Positions 43,020 through 53,989 of a DNA stretch of 64,000 nucleotides are shown in pieces (the first letter of the stretch is position 1; each line of letters opens with the position of its first letter). The stretch is from the NCBI GenBank assembly GCA_951406725.2, contig OX597816.1, positions 33,790,001 to 33,854,000 of the forward strand. The letters run 5' to 3'. Origin of the DNA: Octopus vulgaris. Taxonomy: Eukaryota. The notes below the pieces were generated by a model that searched no databases, had not been told where the DNA came from, and saw only the letters and a program-made list of their open reading frames with translations. Both the position numbers and the translations under genes were made by a program.

Positions 43020-43061
<42 letters not shown>

Positions 43062-43064
<3 letters not shown>

Positions 43065-43318
43065 GGTGTCTATAAAGTCTGTTTACAATTAAAAAAAATC
43101 ATTACAAATGCAGTCGATGAGATATTTTAACCAGATTCGTTTTATTTTAATAATTGTTTATTAGGGTTTTATTGATATTAATGTTATGTGTTTCAGATAC
43201 TCTGTTGATTCAAGGGAACTGATCCACTGAACTCCTATAAAATGAGGGTGAAGCATTCTTCAAGCGAGTTTGTTTCAGTGAAGAGGTGACTTTCATGTAT
43301 CAGGGGAATTAGACACAA
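43062..43318 (+). mobile_element. Tc1/mariner fragment (Tc3/DUF4817-type)
   Basis: TA|CAGGGTGTCTATAAAGTC terminus. FFKRVCFSEEVTFHVSG resembles the FSDEATFH motif. Confidence 0.65.
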
Positions 43319-43399
43319 TTATATATATATATATATATGTTATATTACTTATGCTATTATACCTATATACATATATGTGTGTTTATATGTATATGTATA

Positions 43400-45480
43400 A
43401 AAAACAAAATTATTATTAAAAACTTCACGATTTGTATTGTATGGTTAAAAAATATATTACAATAATGTTAAGAAAATGATATAAAATTTTGTGTATAGTC
43501 ACATTGTTTTTGGAGAAATAACCGGTTTTGTTTTTACTTTTCAAATTTCTCAAATTTCTTTACCGATGATATGTCATCTATTCGTTATTGTGTGAAGTAG
43601 ATTTCGAAACAGGGGAGGTAATCGGTGATGTTTTCTGTATAAGGGAGATATTAAAAAATGTTGGGAATGATTAGGTTTTGTTAATTTGATGAGTTTTGGT
43701 TTTGATAGAATAAAACGTTATAAATGGTTAACCTTTGGTTTATATTTTTCAATGAGGTAAGTTCCTTTATTTAAAAATGCAAGAAAGGTTAATTTTTGGC
43801 TAATATTTTTCAATGAAGTAAGTTTCCTTACTTAATCTAACTTCTGTTGGTGTTCCAATAGCACATTGATAAAATGGAAAGATTTCAAATTGTTGTAGTA
43901 GTCATTTTGCTCATGTGTCAATAAAGTGTATCATTCTGTATTTTGTAAATGCAATCTGCTGTCGGTGCAGAGTACATCTTCATCCCTTGGACACATTGTA
44001 ATTCTGTTTGCAGCCCGAGCATCTTATGTCATAAATCAGGTTTTGAAGTTTTGTCCCTCTTTACAAAGGAATTCTGATCCTTCTAGAAGGATAAGTAATG
44101 ATGCGTAATTTGCTCGACCACATTTTTTCACTTTTGCGTCCGTTATTTTAGAAAATAATTTTGCGTTTGTAAGGATCTTATTTAGTGATTTCGGTTGTAT
44201 GTGGCTTTTAATGAGCTCTTGTGTGTGTAAAATTTCCTTTAATTTCGGGTCGTTATGTAGCATTGGTAGATTTTGGGTGATGATGTCGTAGGCTTCTTTG
44301 TCTCTGGGGTTGTAAGTGGATGTGTACGGCAGTATTTTCGTGAAGGTGTGTTGCTATGCTGTACTTTTAAATGTTTTATGTCGATTTGTGTTGCACGTCT
44401 AATTCCATTCTCTATGCGTTGGACTCGTTAGTGTCTTTCAGTGAGAGTGTTTTGGAGTTCTTGCAGTCTAAAGTCTCTGGTATTTTTTCTGACACTATGG
44501 TGCGTATCCTTCCTGCAAGGTTGCATAGAATGTATGTTTTTGGTGTGGATTGGGTGGCGGTAATTAAATAGTAGATATTGTTTGGCGTCTGTGGTTTTGT
44601 AAAATATGTGCGTTACTATTTTTAGGTATATTTGTTTAACTAATATATCCAAGAACGGGAGCTTCTCTTGGTTGTATTCCATTGTAAATTGTATGTGGGG
44701 GCTGACGCTGTTCAATAGTCTTTTAAAATCCAGGTGTTTGTGTTTTCATTCTAGAGAATGAAACGTCCAGGATTCTTTTCCAGTTCCCTTTTATGTATTC
44801 GGAAAGAGGGTTTCTAAAGGTAGATAAAGATTCTTGGTATATTCTTATTTACAGAGAGCCCATTGTTAGCTTCGCAATTATCCTAACCCTAACACTAGTA
44901 CACATGCCAATTATTGATCTTTGTCGATAAAATGTGTTATCAGGCGTGAAATGATTGTTTCATAGGACGAATTCAATTGGTTCAATTATGAACCCATTGC
45001 TAATCCTTTCAGGTATTACTTCAGGATATTAATCCAGCCAGAACTTAATTGCCTCTAGTCAATAATTATGAGGTATACTGGTATATGAATTAATTACATC
45101 AAATGAAACCATGAGTGTTTCTTCTTTGTTTATTTTGGGAGGTGATTTAAAACGTCCAAGTCATCTCTGAATTAACTATTGATGTGTTTCAGGAGGACTT
45201 TCAGTGGGGTGTTCATAAATAGACTTACATTGTGTTTTTCAAAATGGGTCACAATTATAGGTCCCCTGGGTCTGTTGTATGTATGTCTTTGGTGACCTTT
45301 TAATGGTTTCTTTTATAATATTTTTGTGGATTTTTGGTAGACAGTAAAATAGACTAGGTTTGAATTTAAAGTTTATTAAATAATCAAATTCTTTGGTTGT
45401 CAATTCTTTTCCATGAGTATTCATTAGTGAGGATAAGTTTGTCATTATTCTTTGGTGGGTGCGTTTGTGATATTTTCGTA
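43400..45480 (-). mobile_element. Penelope-like element pseudogene (RT + GIY-YIG endonuclease)
   Basis: FYCLPKIHK, LMVSFDVINSYTSIPH, WKRILD, IQFTMEY..LPFLDILV, YKTTD..HP, KKCGR linker, NLIYDIRCSGCKQNY and KETYFIEKY. Heavily mutated; the 3' boundary is approximate. Confidence 0.9.
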
Positions 45481-45519
45481 ATATTTACTTTCTTTAAGCA
45501 TGTTAACAAATTCAAAATC

Positions 45520-45830
45520 CAATCAGATTTATGCTTAGCCTGCAACCAGAATTACATAGGATCTACAGGATTAATGCTCAGATGCAGACGCACTGAGCAC
45601 CGATAGCAGATTGAATTCCCAAAATACAGAATGACACCCTTTATTGAACACATTGATACATGCGCACAAAGACTCCTACGACAATATGCAATCATTCCAG
45701 TTAATCAATGTGCTATTAGAAAACAACAGAAATTAGATTAAATAAGGAAACCTACTTCATTGAAAAATATAAGCCAAAAATTAACCAATTCTAGTATTTT
45801 AAAATGAGAAAACTTACCTGTAATATATTT
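45520..45830 (+). mobile_element. Inverted partial copy of the Penelope GIY-YIG region
   Basis: CLACNQNYIGSTGLMLRCRRTEHR*QIEFPKYR..KETYFIEKYKPKIN, homologous to 43730-44030(-). Confidence 0.85.
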
Positions 45831-45908
45831 CATTCTATGTTGTATTTTTATACATCCAACCAGGTGCTTTTACATGCCAACTCTCTCACATACCTACGTA
45901 TAAATATC

Positions 45909-46480
<572 letters not shown>

Positions 46481-47080
46481 ATAAAATAAGTTCCGGAAGA
46501 ATATATAAAATACGTGCATATGTCTGTTGCATATATTTGTCGAGTGAAAACAATGCAAGTCATGTAGAATTAATAATGCAGCGCATTGGCTAGGATAATT
46601 GCCTGTTCTTTCAATATTTCATTAAATTTACTAAGAAAAAGTTCTCGACATATGGTGCCTTCGTTCTCTAGAGATTGTAAATAAATGGTTGCTCTGCGTT
46701 GCTATAGTAGTCATTAAGCAACTTGCAATTTATACCTGATATTAATTCGCAGGTTGTAGTCATTAATTAAAATAGTTTCTCTAATTTAGAAGTTCCACAT
46801 GTGACTTTCGAAAGATTCAGCAGAAAATTGTATATCATAGGTGTGGCATTTACGTAGGTGGGTTTTAATATTTTTGACAGAAACATTACCAGTGAAGTTT
46901 TCGCTAACCTTTATGTGAATTACACTGATGTTAAGCCGGCATAGAATTCATTACAATTGATACACCCGATTTTGAACACCACGTAGTGCTGCAGATATGT
47001 ATTTCCATCTCCGATCGGGCAGTTGGATAATGTACATGAGGTAAAAATTATATATGCAAATAATCATACATATATATATA

Positions 47081-48907
47081 TGAAATACTGAACGAACAGT
47101 TCCAAAGTGTGTTCACTACACCTCTAGGACACAGGCTAGTAAACAACCCAGAAGAATTCTTTGCCACTTTACCAGCGGCCAAAGAGACAAAAATTGAGTA
47201 CATCAACATCGAAGAAGATGATATCACACTAGCCATTGATGAGATTGACACAAACTCAGCTGCTGGACCTGATGGATTCCCAGCGATCCTTCTCAAATCG
47301 TGCAAACGAGCCCTTGCAAAACCGCTACAGCTTCTTTTTCAGAGCTTTCTTGCAAGTGGTAAGCTCCCAGTCAAACTGAAAGAGGGGGTAATATGCCCTA
47401 TCCATAAGGGAGGTAGCAGAGCAGATGCTAAAAATTATAGGCCTATCTCTCTGACCTCACACATCAGCAAAGTCATGGAACGAATAGTCCGTAAGAAACT
47501 AATCATGTTCCTTGAAGAAAATGACTTACTGTCTGACACCCAGCATGGATTTCGACCAGGTAGAGGCTGCCTGACACAGCTCCTGCAACACTATGACTGG
47601 GTGTTGAAACAGCTACTAAATGGCTCAAATGTGGATGTAATATATCTTGACTTTGCAAAAGCCTTTGATAAAGTCGACCATGGTATGATCTGTCACAAAC
47701 TGCGTGGTCGCGGCATAGGCGGGAAACTTGGAGAGTGGCTGCACAACTTCCTAAAAGACAGAAAACAGGCAGTTCTGAGCAATGGAGCCACCTCCAGGGA
47801 AACGCAAATAACAAGCGGTGTCCCACAGGGCACTGTCTTGGGGCCACTGATGTTCATAGTGGCCCTTTCAGACATGCCTTCAGTTGCTACGATGACCACC
47901 CTTGCTAGCTATGCAGATGACACAAAAGTCTCCCACGCAATACAAAACCCTGAAAATATTGCGCATCTGCAACATGAGCTGGACACAATATACAGGTGGG
48001 CTGAGGACAACAACATGCAGTTTAATGCAGGTAAGTTCCAGGCCCTGCGCTACTGGCACACAAAGGTAAATGACGTGAAGACTGGATACACTGGCCCAGG
48101 AAGAATTGCAATCCCTGAGTCAAAATCAGTGCGTGACCTGGGCATTGACATGAGCAATGATGCATCTTTCCAAATGCATATTGCTAATCTGGTGATAAAA
48201 TGCAGACGGCTAGCTGGATGGATTCTCCGAACTTTCAGAACAAGAGAGAAGGAGACACTGATGGTCCTATAGAAAACATTTGTCCTCAGCCGCTTGAACT
48301 ACTGCTCCCAACTTTGGTCACCACACAATATAAAACAAACAGCAAAACTCGAAGCAACTCAGAGAAGCTACACAAAGAAAATCGTCTCAATGCAAAATGT
48401 CAGCTACTGGGAAAGACTGAAGGTATTAAACCTCTTCTCCCTGGAGCGGAGGCGGGAGAGATATGCAGTGATATACATCTGGAAAATCCTGGAGGGTCTT
48501 GTCCCAAACTTTGGCATTCAAAGTTACTCCAACCGCAGAACGGGGCGCCGCTGCGTGGTGCCAAGGATTCCAACATCACCATCAAAATACAGGTCCAGAT
48601 ACTGCAACAGCTTGGGTTTCAGAGGACCACAGCTCTTTAACATCCTCCCTAAATGCCTCAGAGACTTACATGGTGTGGATGTGGGTTTCTTTAAAACTAA
48701 ACTGGATCTCTTCTTGTTGGGAGTCCCAGATGAACCTACCTCACGACAGGAGACACGGATGCGGGCAGCAGCATCGAACTCCCTTGTTGATCAAGTGCCA
48801 CGTATCAGAGGTGGATTCACAAACTAGTGTAGCTCATTCAGCGGTGGTGCCCCAGCATGGCCGCGGCCTTCGGGCTAAAACATTTTTAAGGATTTAAGGA
48901 TTTAAGG

Positions 48908-48911
<4 letters not shown>
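47081..48911 (+). mobile_element. Young 5'-truncated CR1-clade LINE; RT ORF intact except one in-frame stop
   Basis: AGPDG, NYRPISLTS, QHGFRPGR, YLDFAKAFD, GVPQGTVLGP, YADD, SLERRRER. ORFs 47109-48272 and 48294-48827 share a frame and are split by one TAG. (TTTAAGGA)3 tail; inserted in (TA)n. Confidence 0.95.
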
Positions 48912-48972
<61 letters not shown>

Positions 48973-49111
48973 AGCTGAACACTAGGGTGGATGTGATCGA
49001 CTTCTCCTCCCCTCAACATATCTGGCCTTGTACCAAAAATAGGAAAGAATTAATGGTTGCAGTTGTTGTAGTATTTTTTCATAGCGACAGTAGTTGCAAG
49101 ATAACGTAGAA

Positions 49112-49262
49112 AATGATGATGGTGATGACGATGTCGACGATGATGACGACGACGATGACGACGACGATGATCATGATGACGATCATGATGATAGTGATGA
49201 CGTCAATGGTTATGAAGATGATGATGACGATGATCATGATGATGACGATGATCATTATCATG
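49112..49262. repeat. (GAT/GAC)n microsatellite
   Basis: Directly visible. Confidence 0.9.
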
Positions 49263-49611
49263 AATATTATCGTGTCGTTGAGGATGCGGAGGAAATATGC
49301 CTTCAGAAGCAGAAGATAAAATTTAGCTGGATAGGACTGACGGTGATGATTATCATAACGAAGAGAAAAATTCAGAGTGGCGTAAGAAAATGAAGTATAG
49401 ATTTATGACCATGATGGCACTAGTAGTTATTGTCAAGCTGGTTACGCTTTTGGTAGCGAGGGCGGTATTTGTGAATGAACGAGGGGGTTAGAAGAATCGT
49501 TATGGCGGAGTTTCTTTCTTCCAGCTCGTTAGGTTCCGAATTCAAATCTCGCTGAAGTTATCTTTGTCTTTTATCACTCGTTAGTCGAGAATGGAAGGTG
49601 CGATTCAAGTA

Positions 49612-50350
49612 CAGCGTGGCACAGAGAGGACGGACGTTCTTGAAAAATTCACAAAGTCATTAATTTTAGCTGCAAACAGATTTTATTGATATCAATGTGT
49701 TCATATTGAATTATCATTTGTCAAAATTAAGTGTGGAAAAGAGCATCCATCATGTGATTTCCGTTTTCATTAATGAATATATGATGGCGTTCTTGGAAGC
49801 TGGCCTCCACTCTCACCAGCATTGCTCTTTGCATAGTGCCATGGTTTCAACTGTTGTCCAATGACCAATTTATACGAATGGAAGTGCAAGTCTGCGTGCA
49901 AAATATGTCTTACCGATCAATTACCGATGCTAAGTTCAGTGGAATGCCTCCTAGCAGAGGGATTAGGACTCCGTATCAACGCTTGTCTGATGCGTTCCAC
50001 ATTAAGCCGGGGTCCGTACTGTTCATGGCAAACTTCCACTGGTCGCCTGTTCATTAGTGTACCTCGTGCACGAAGTAGATTCACCCAAAATAAGATTGTG
50101 TTAGGGTTCGAACAGCCTGATTTCGTTGAAATTTGAAGTGGTGCCGAAACCCAGTCTGAAATGTTGTGATAGAATCACTATTCTTCACGTAACTGTCGAA
50201 GGCAAACACACAATGCTCTGACGTCCACAGCAGCATGGCTTCACCTAAAAAAAGCCAAGACACCACGGACTTAATGGTATTTGTTGGATGTATGCCATTC
50301 TACTGAGTAATATTTATTTCAAAAACCTCCGTTCACTCTACGCCACCCTG
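49612..50350 (-). mobile_element. Internally deleted Tc1/mariner (DUF4817-type) with both TIRs and TA TSD, nested in a SINE
   Basis: TA|CAGCGTGGCACAGAGAGGACGGACGTTCTTGAAA ... TTTCAAAAACCTCCGTTCACTCTACGCCACCCTG|TA. N-terminus WTSEHCVFAFDSYVKNSDSITTFQTGFRHHF. Confidence 0.8.
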
Positions 50351-50629
50351 TACCAGGGTCGATTTAATCAGCCAATCATCTTCCTCACAATTTAGGTTGT
50401 GCGCCTATATTAGAGAAGACGAATATCGTGATAGGGATGACGATGGTTACTGAGAGTGGTCCAATATCACAAATTTCTCAAGACATTTTCAGTGATTGAC
50501 CATTTAGCCCAATATTTGCTAGTGGGATTCGAGCTCCCTCCAACAAATTTTAGAATAGCATCTACCCCATATGTTACAAGCTCAACCAATCTACGTATTT
50601 CAGCAAAAATTTCAGGCCTTGTGCCTATA

Positions 50630-50905
50630 GTAGAAATGATTCGCCTTCTTTTGGCTGGGAGGGGCAGTGAATTTTTATTTGTCTAGTGGCTGTAGCGAAA
50701 GAGGTAGTATGGTGGACCCGTTTGATAGGGCTAAAGACAGACCCTTTCCGCTTTGGCCAAGCCCTCATCAACTATTTCAAGTTTCACTTGAAAAGGAAGT
50801 TGAGGGTGGAGAGGACAGTAATGCCTTCTGGCAAGTTTGTTGAAAGGTGGATGTGCTGGAAGACTGACCAGTGCGAAAAGACCAATTCTGAGCGTGCACC
50901 TGTAA
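50630..50905 (+). mobile_element. Tx1/L1-like LINE ORF2 3' fragment
   Basis: LVAVAKEVVWWTR..LINYFKFHLKRKLRVER..FVERW resembles the AK..IW..R / F...W C-terminus of Tx1-type ORF2. Homologous to 55670-55800(-). Confidence 0.6.
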
Positions 50906-51481
50906 AAAAAACGATTTTAAGATAGGTTATACGTTTTTGATTTGATATTTAATTTTTAAATTGTATTTCATAAATATATTCTATAGATATTTATAATATT
51001 TATGTAAGTAATAATGGACTAATATATTTATTTTTCGTTATATGTTTGTATATTTATTGATAGAGAAAATTTTAGATTTTTAATTATTATATTTGTTGAT
51101 TATAATTTAGATACTTATTTTTATATATTTATTATTTTATAATTATTAGATGTGAACTTAAATCTAAAAATATTCATAGTGATTATTTTGTTAAATAATT
51201 TGATAATTAAATATTGGAGTATAACTGAGTTAAAGATATTCGATAGTTTATTATGTATTTTTAAAGCCAAATTTTATCTTCAAAGATAAATACATATCTA
51301 TGTATTTTTTACATTAAAAATTAAATATTTAACATAATAAATGTGTTGTAGGAAATAATCCTAATGTTTTAAGTTTCTAATTTAGTTAATGGAGGTTTTC
51401 TATAAGAAAAATTATTATTTTATTTATTTTCACATAAATATTGTTTAACTCTATTTGCTTATTTATTTAACAATTATCTGT

Positions 51482-51581
51482 AACCTGATGATTAACTATA
51501 ATTTTAAATCGAATGTATTTCAATTGAATTTAAACTTAATTGTAATTCGAATTTAATTGTAACCGTGAAACATACGTAGTT
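51482..51581 (+). ncRNA. Type I hammerhead-like motif with long helix II inside a very AT-rich element (~50930-51740)
   Basis: AAC-CTGATGA(51485)-[TATAATT..TCGAAT...ATTCGA..AATTGTA]-GAAAC(51567)-ATAC-GTA-GTT. Confidence 0.6.
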
Positions 51582-51737
51582 TTTTTACTTATTATATATT
51601 GATCATTCATTTTTATACTTTTTGAGATCTAGTGATAAGTTATACGTTTTATAAAAATATACATTATTTGTTATTTACGTTTTGGATTATTTCTATCACT
51701 CTTTGAGTTGCATAATAGTGGTTTTATCTCTAATTTC

Positions 51738-51803
<66 letters not shown>

Positions 51804-51842
51804 TATATATATTTATATATACAATTTTGATTTATTTATAGA

Positions 51843-52735
51843 TAGGCGGAGCTTGGCTGCGTAGTAAGAAACTAACTTCCCAACCACATGGTTCTACATT
51901 CAGTCCCACTGCGTGGCTTTTGTGCAAGTGTCTTCAAATGTCGTCCCGAGCCGACCAAAACCTTGTGAATGGATTTGGCACACGGAAACTGAAGGAAGCT
52001 CGATATATATAGTTGAATTTTACAGAAAGACAAAAGACAAAGGCAGGTCTATGAACAACAAAAAGGTGTATTAGTGACGCTCGTGAAAGTGAGAAAGTCT
52101 TTTACCCTTTCGAGCCTCGCTCTTCATCAGAAGGGAAGATGAGAAAATAGAGAGATAATAAAAGTGCTTCTGGATTTAAAGATCAAGCATGGCGACTGGT
52201 GGGAATAAAAGAACTAAGAGAATTAGAAAGAACAGTCCTAATAAAGTATTGGTGATCCCAAAATGTAGATGCGCGTGCGTGGTCTATCAGTATGCGAGAA
52301 TATGTAAGTATGCATGTGGGGGATAGAGACTGGATACTTTGACGTGTAAATGTGTGTGTGTAAGAGCGTGCGCCTGTAATGTGCGGATGTGTAGATGTTG
52401 GTGTGTGATGTGGGTGCTGGGAAGCGGTCAGTGCCAATGTATGTGGTGGTGGTGGTGTAGTTTGGGATGGGGGATGTGGAGGTGTGGGTATATATATAAA
52501 TATGTGTGTGCGTGAATATTTGTGTATGTGTCCGTGTTTATCTCTCTTACCATCGCTTGGCAACCGATGTTGGTGATTTTATGTCCCCGTACCTTAGCAG
52601 TTCGGCAAAAGAGACCGATAAAATAGAGTACTAGGCTTACAAAAATAAGTCCTGGGGTCAATTTGTTCGACCCAAAGTGGTGCTCTAGCATGACCGCAGT
52701 CAAATAACTGAAATATTTAAAAGAATAAAAGAATA
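51843..52735 (+). mobile_element. SINE (1787 family) interrupted at its internal TA tract
   Basis: Head 51843-52003. Tail 52520-52735 ending GTGGTGCTCTAGCATGACCGC..(TAAAAGAA)2. Confidence 0.85.
52012..52490 (-). mobile_element. Family A hammerhead-bearing element nested in the SINE
   Basis: 52099-52134(-): CCTT-CTGATGA-A-GAGC(GAG)GCTC-GAAAG-GTA-AAAG. Homologous to the 12740 and 39360 copies. Confidence 0.7.
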
Positions 52736-52797
52736 TATATATATAAACAAATCAAATTGCGATAAAATAAAAATAATTATAATCGCTGGTATTACTA

Positions 52798-52844
<47 letters not shown>

Positions 52845-52845
<1 letters not shown>

Positions 52846-53137
52846 CAAATATAAGGGTAAATAATTATTAATTTAAAATTAATAAAATTTACCAATTAAC
52901 TTCATTATGTAAAGAGAACCTTTATCGGTAGGAACTTTTACAAAAAATACTTTTTATATATAAATGTAATTAAAGGTTAAGCAACACGTTGCTTAACCAC
53001 ATACCGAAAATTTAGAAATAGCAGACAAAGACAGCTTATTCCTTAAGTATTGTTATCTGTGGAGTAATATCTCTAAGTAAAAGGAATAAGATGTCTTTGG
53101 CTGCTATTTCTAAATTTTCGGTATATGGTTTAACCCT
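52845..53137. repeat. Family B fragment with nested fold-backs
   Basis: GGTTAAGCAAC-AC-GTTGCTTAACC hairpin, then ~50-bp arms AACCACATACCGAAAATTTAGAAATAGCAG..CTTATTCCTT / AAGGAATAAG..CTGCTATTTCTAAATTTTCGGTATATGGTT. Confidence 0.75.
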
Positions 53138-53989
53138 TAATTATATATACATATATATATGAAGCGAGAGAGAGAAAGAGAGAGAGAGAAAAAAAAAGAG
53201 AGAGAGAGAGAGAGAGTGAGAGCTGGAGAATAAGGGAGAGTGATGTGCGTAAATATGTCTGTATATAAGGAATAGAGCAGGACTTTTTCTGACACACTCT
53301 AAGAAATCTGTTGGCAGAAGAGATCGAAGAGATACGGAAAATGCAAACAAGCGGAGGAACATATAAGTACGTGTGTGTAGGCAACAAAGCCTGCTGTCTT
53401 CTTCACATGGGATCAGTGATTGATTTGGTAGTGTAGAACCAATCTGATGACAAAATGTTGGCAACTCCTATCTTTCAGGAAAAAACCATTATTTAGAATT
53501 TTATTTCTCTATCTTTTTTCTCTAACAACATTTTTGAATGGCATCCTTTCGTTATTCTTGTATATGACAAAGCGGTACATGCATGTAGATTGTAATTTGG
53601 TCGTTATTTTGATTAATTCTTGTCAAAACCTTTGCTTATTATTCTCTACATTTTATTGCGTGTTAATATATATTTTGTTTTGCATTTTCTATTTTCAGTT
53701 TATATGCTCGTTAATATAAATGTTTCATATCTTTCGTAGTGGTTTTGATTTCTGCCATGTGACCATTCAGAGGGGCGATTCCGAGAAAAGGAAATTTTGT
53801 ACTTTTTCAGTTAACATAGCATTGCAGAATACTGTGCAAATATTAAAACAAAGTCACTTTGTTGTCAAAGTGGACCACCGAAGCAGTTGAATGCATTTAC
53901 CTGTGTGAAATAAAATTTCTTTAACAAAATCTACTTCCTTCATGGAACATGACCTTAAACTTATAAGGAGATGTCAGCTAATAATAATA

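Larger units (their letters stand above)
40828..43025. mobile_element. Array of ~560-bp hammerhead-containing units: ~2.5 tandem copies plus ~1.4 inverted copies (retrozyme-like / non-autonomous Penelope pLTR)
   Basis: Unit starts near 40828, 41389 and 41949 (truncated at 42243). Inverted block 42261-43025. Copies are nearly identical, with (TA)n on both sides. Confidence 0.9.

Noticed and set aside
40828-43025. CRISPR array or LTR pair
   Set aside because: No unique spacers, no TG..CA termini, PBS or TSD, and the context is eukaryotic.
43555-43630. Hammerhead in the Penelope 3' region (CCGATGA..GAAAC..GTA); similar trace at 37690-37775(-)
   Set aside because: Core mutated and helices unconvincing.
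50930-51740. Mitochondrial insertion (NUMT)
   Set aside because: No recognisable mitochondrial gene or tRNA. The hammerhead-like motif is a better explanation.
53255-53375. TATA box + ATG + donor-like GTACGT as a plus-strand first exon; also a splice-bounded segment at 22353-22642
   Set aside because: Such signals are common in AT-rich DNA and there is no coding support.
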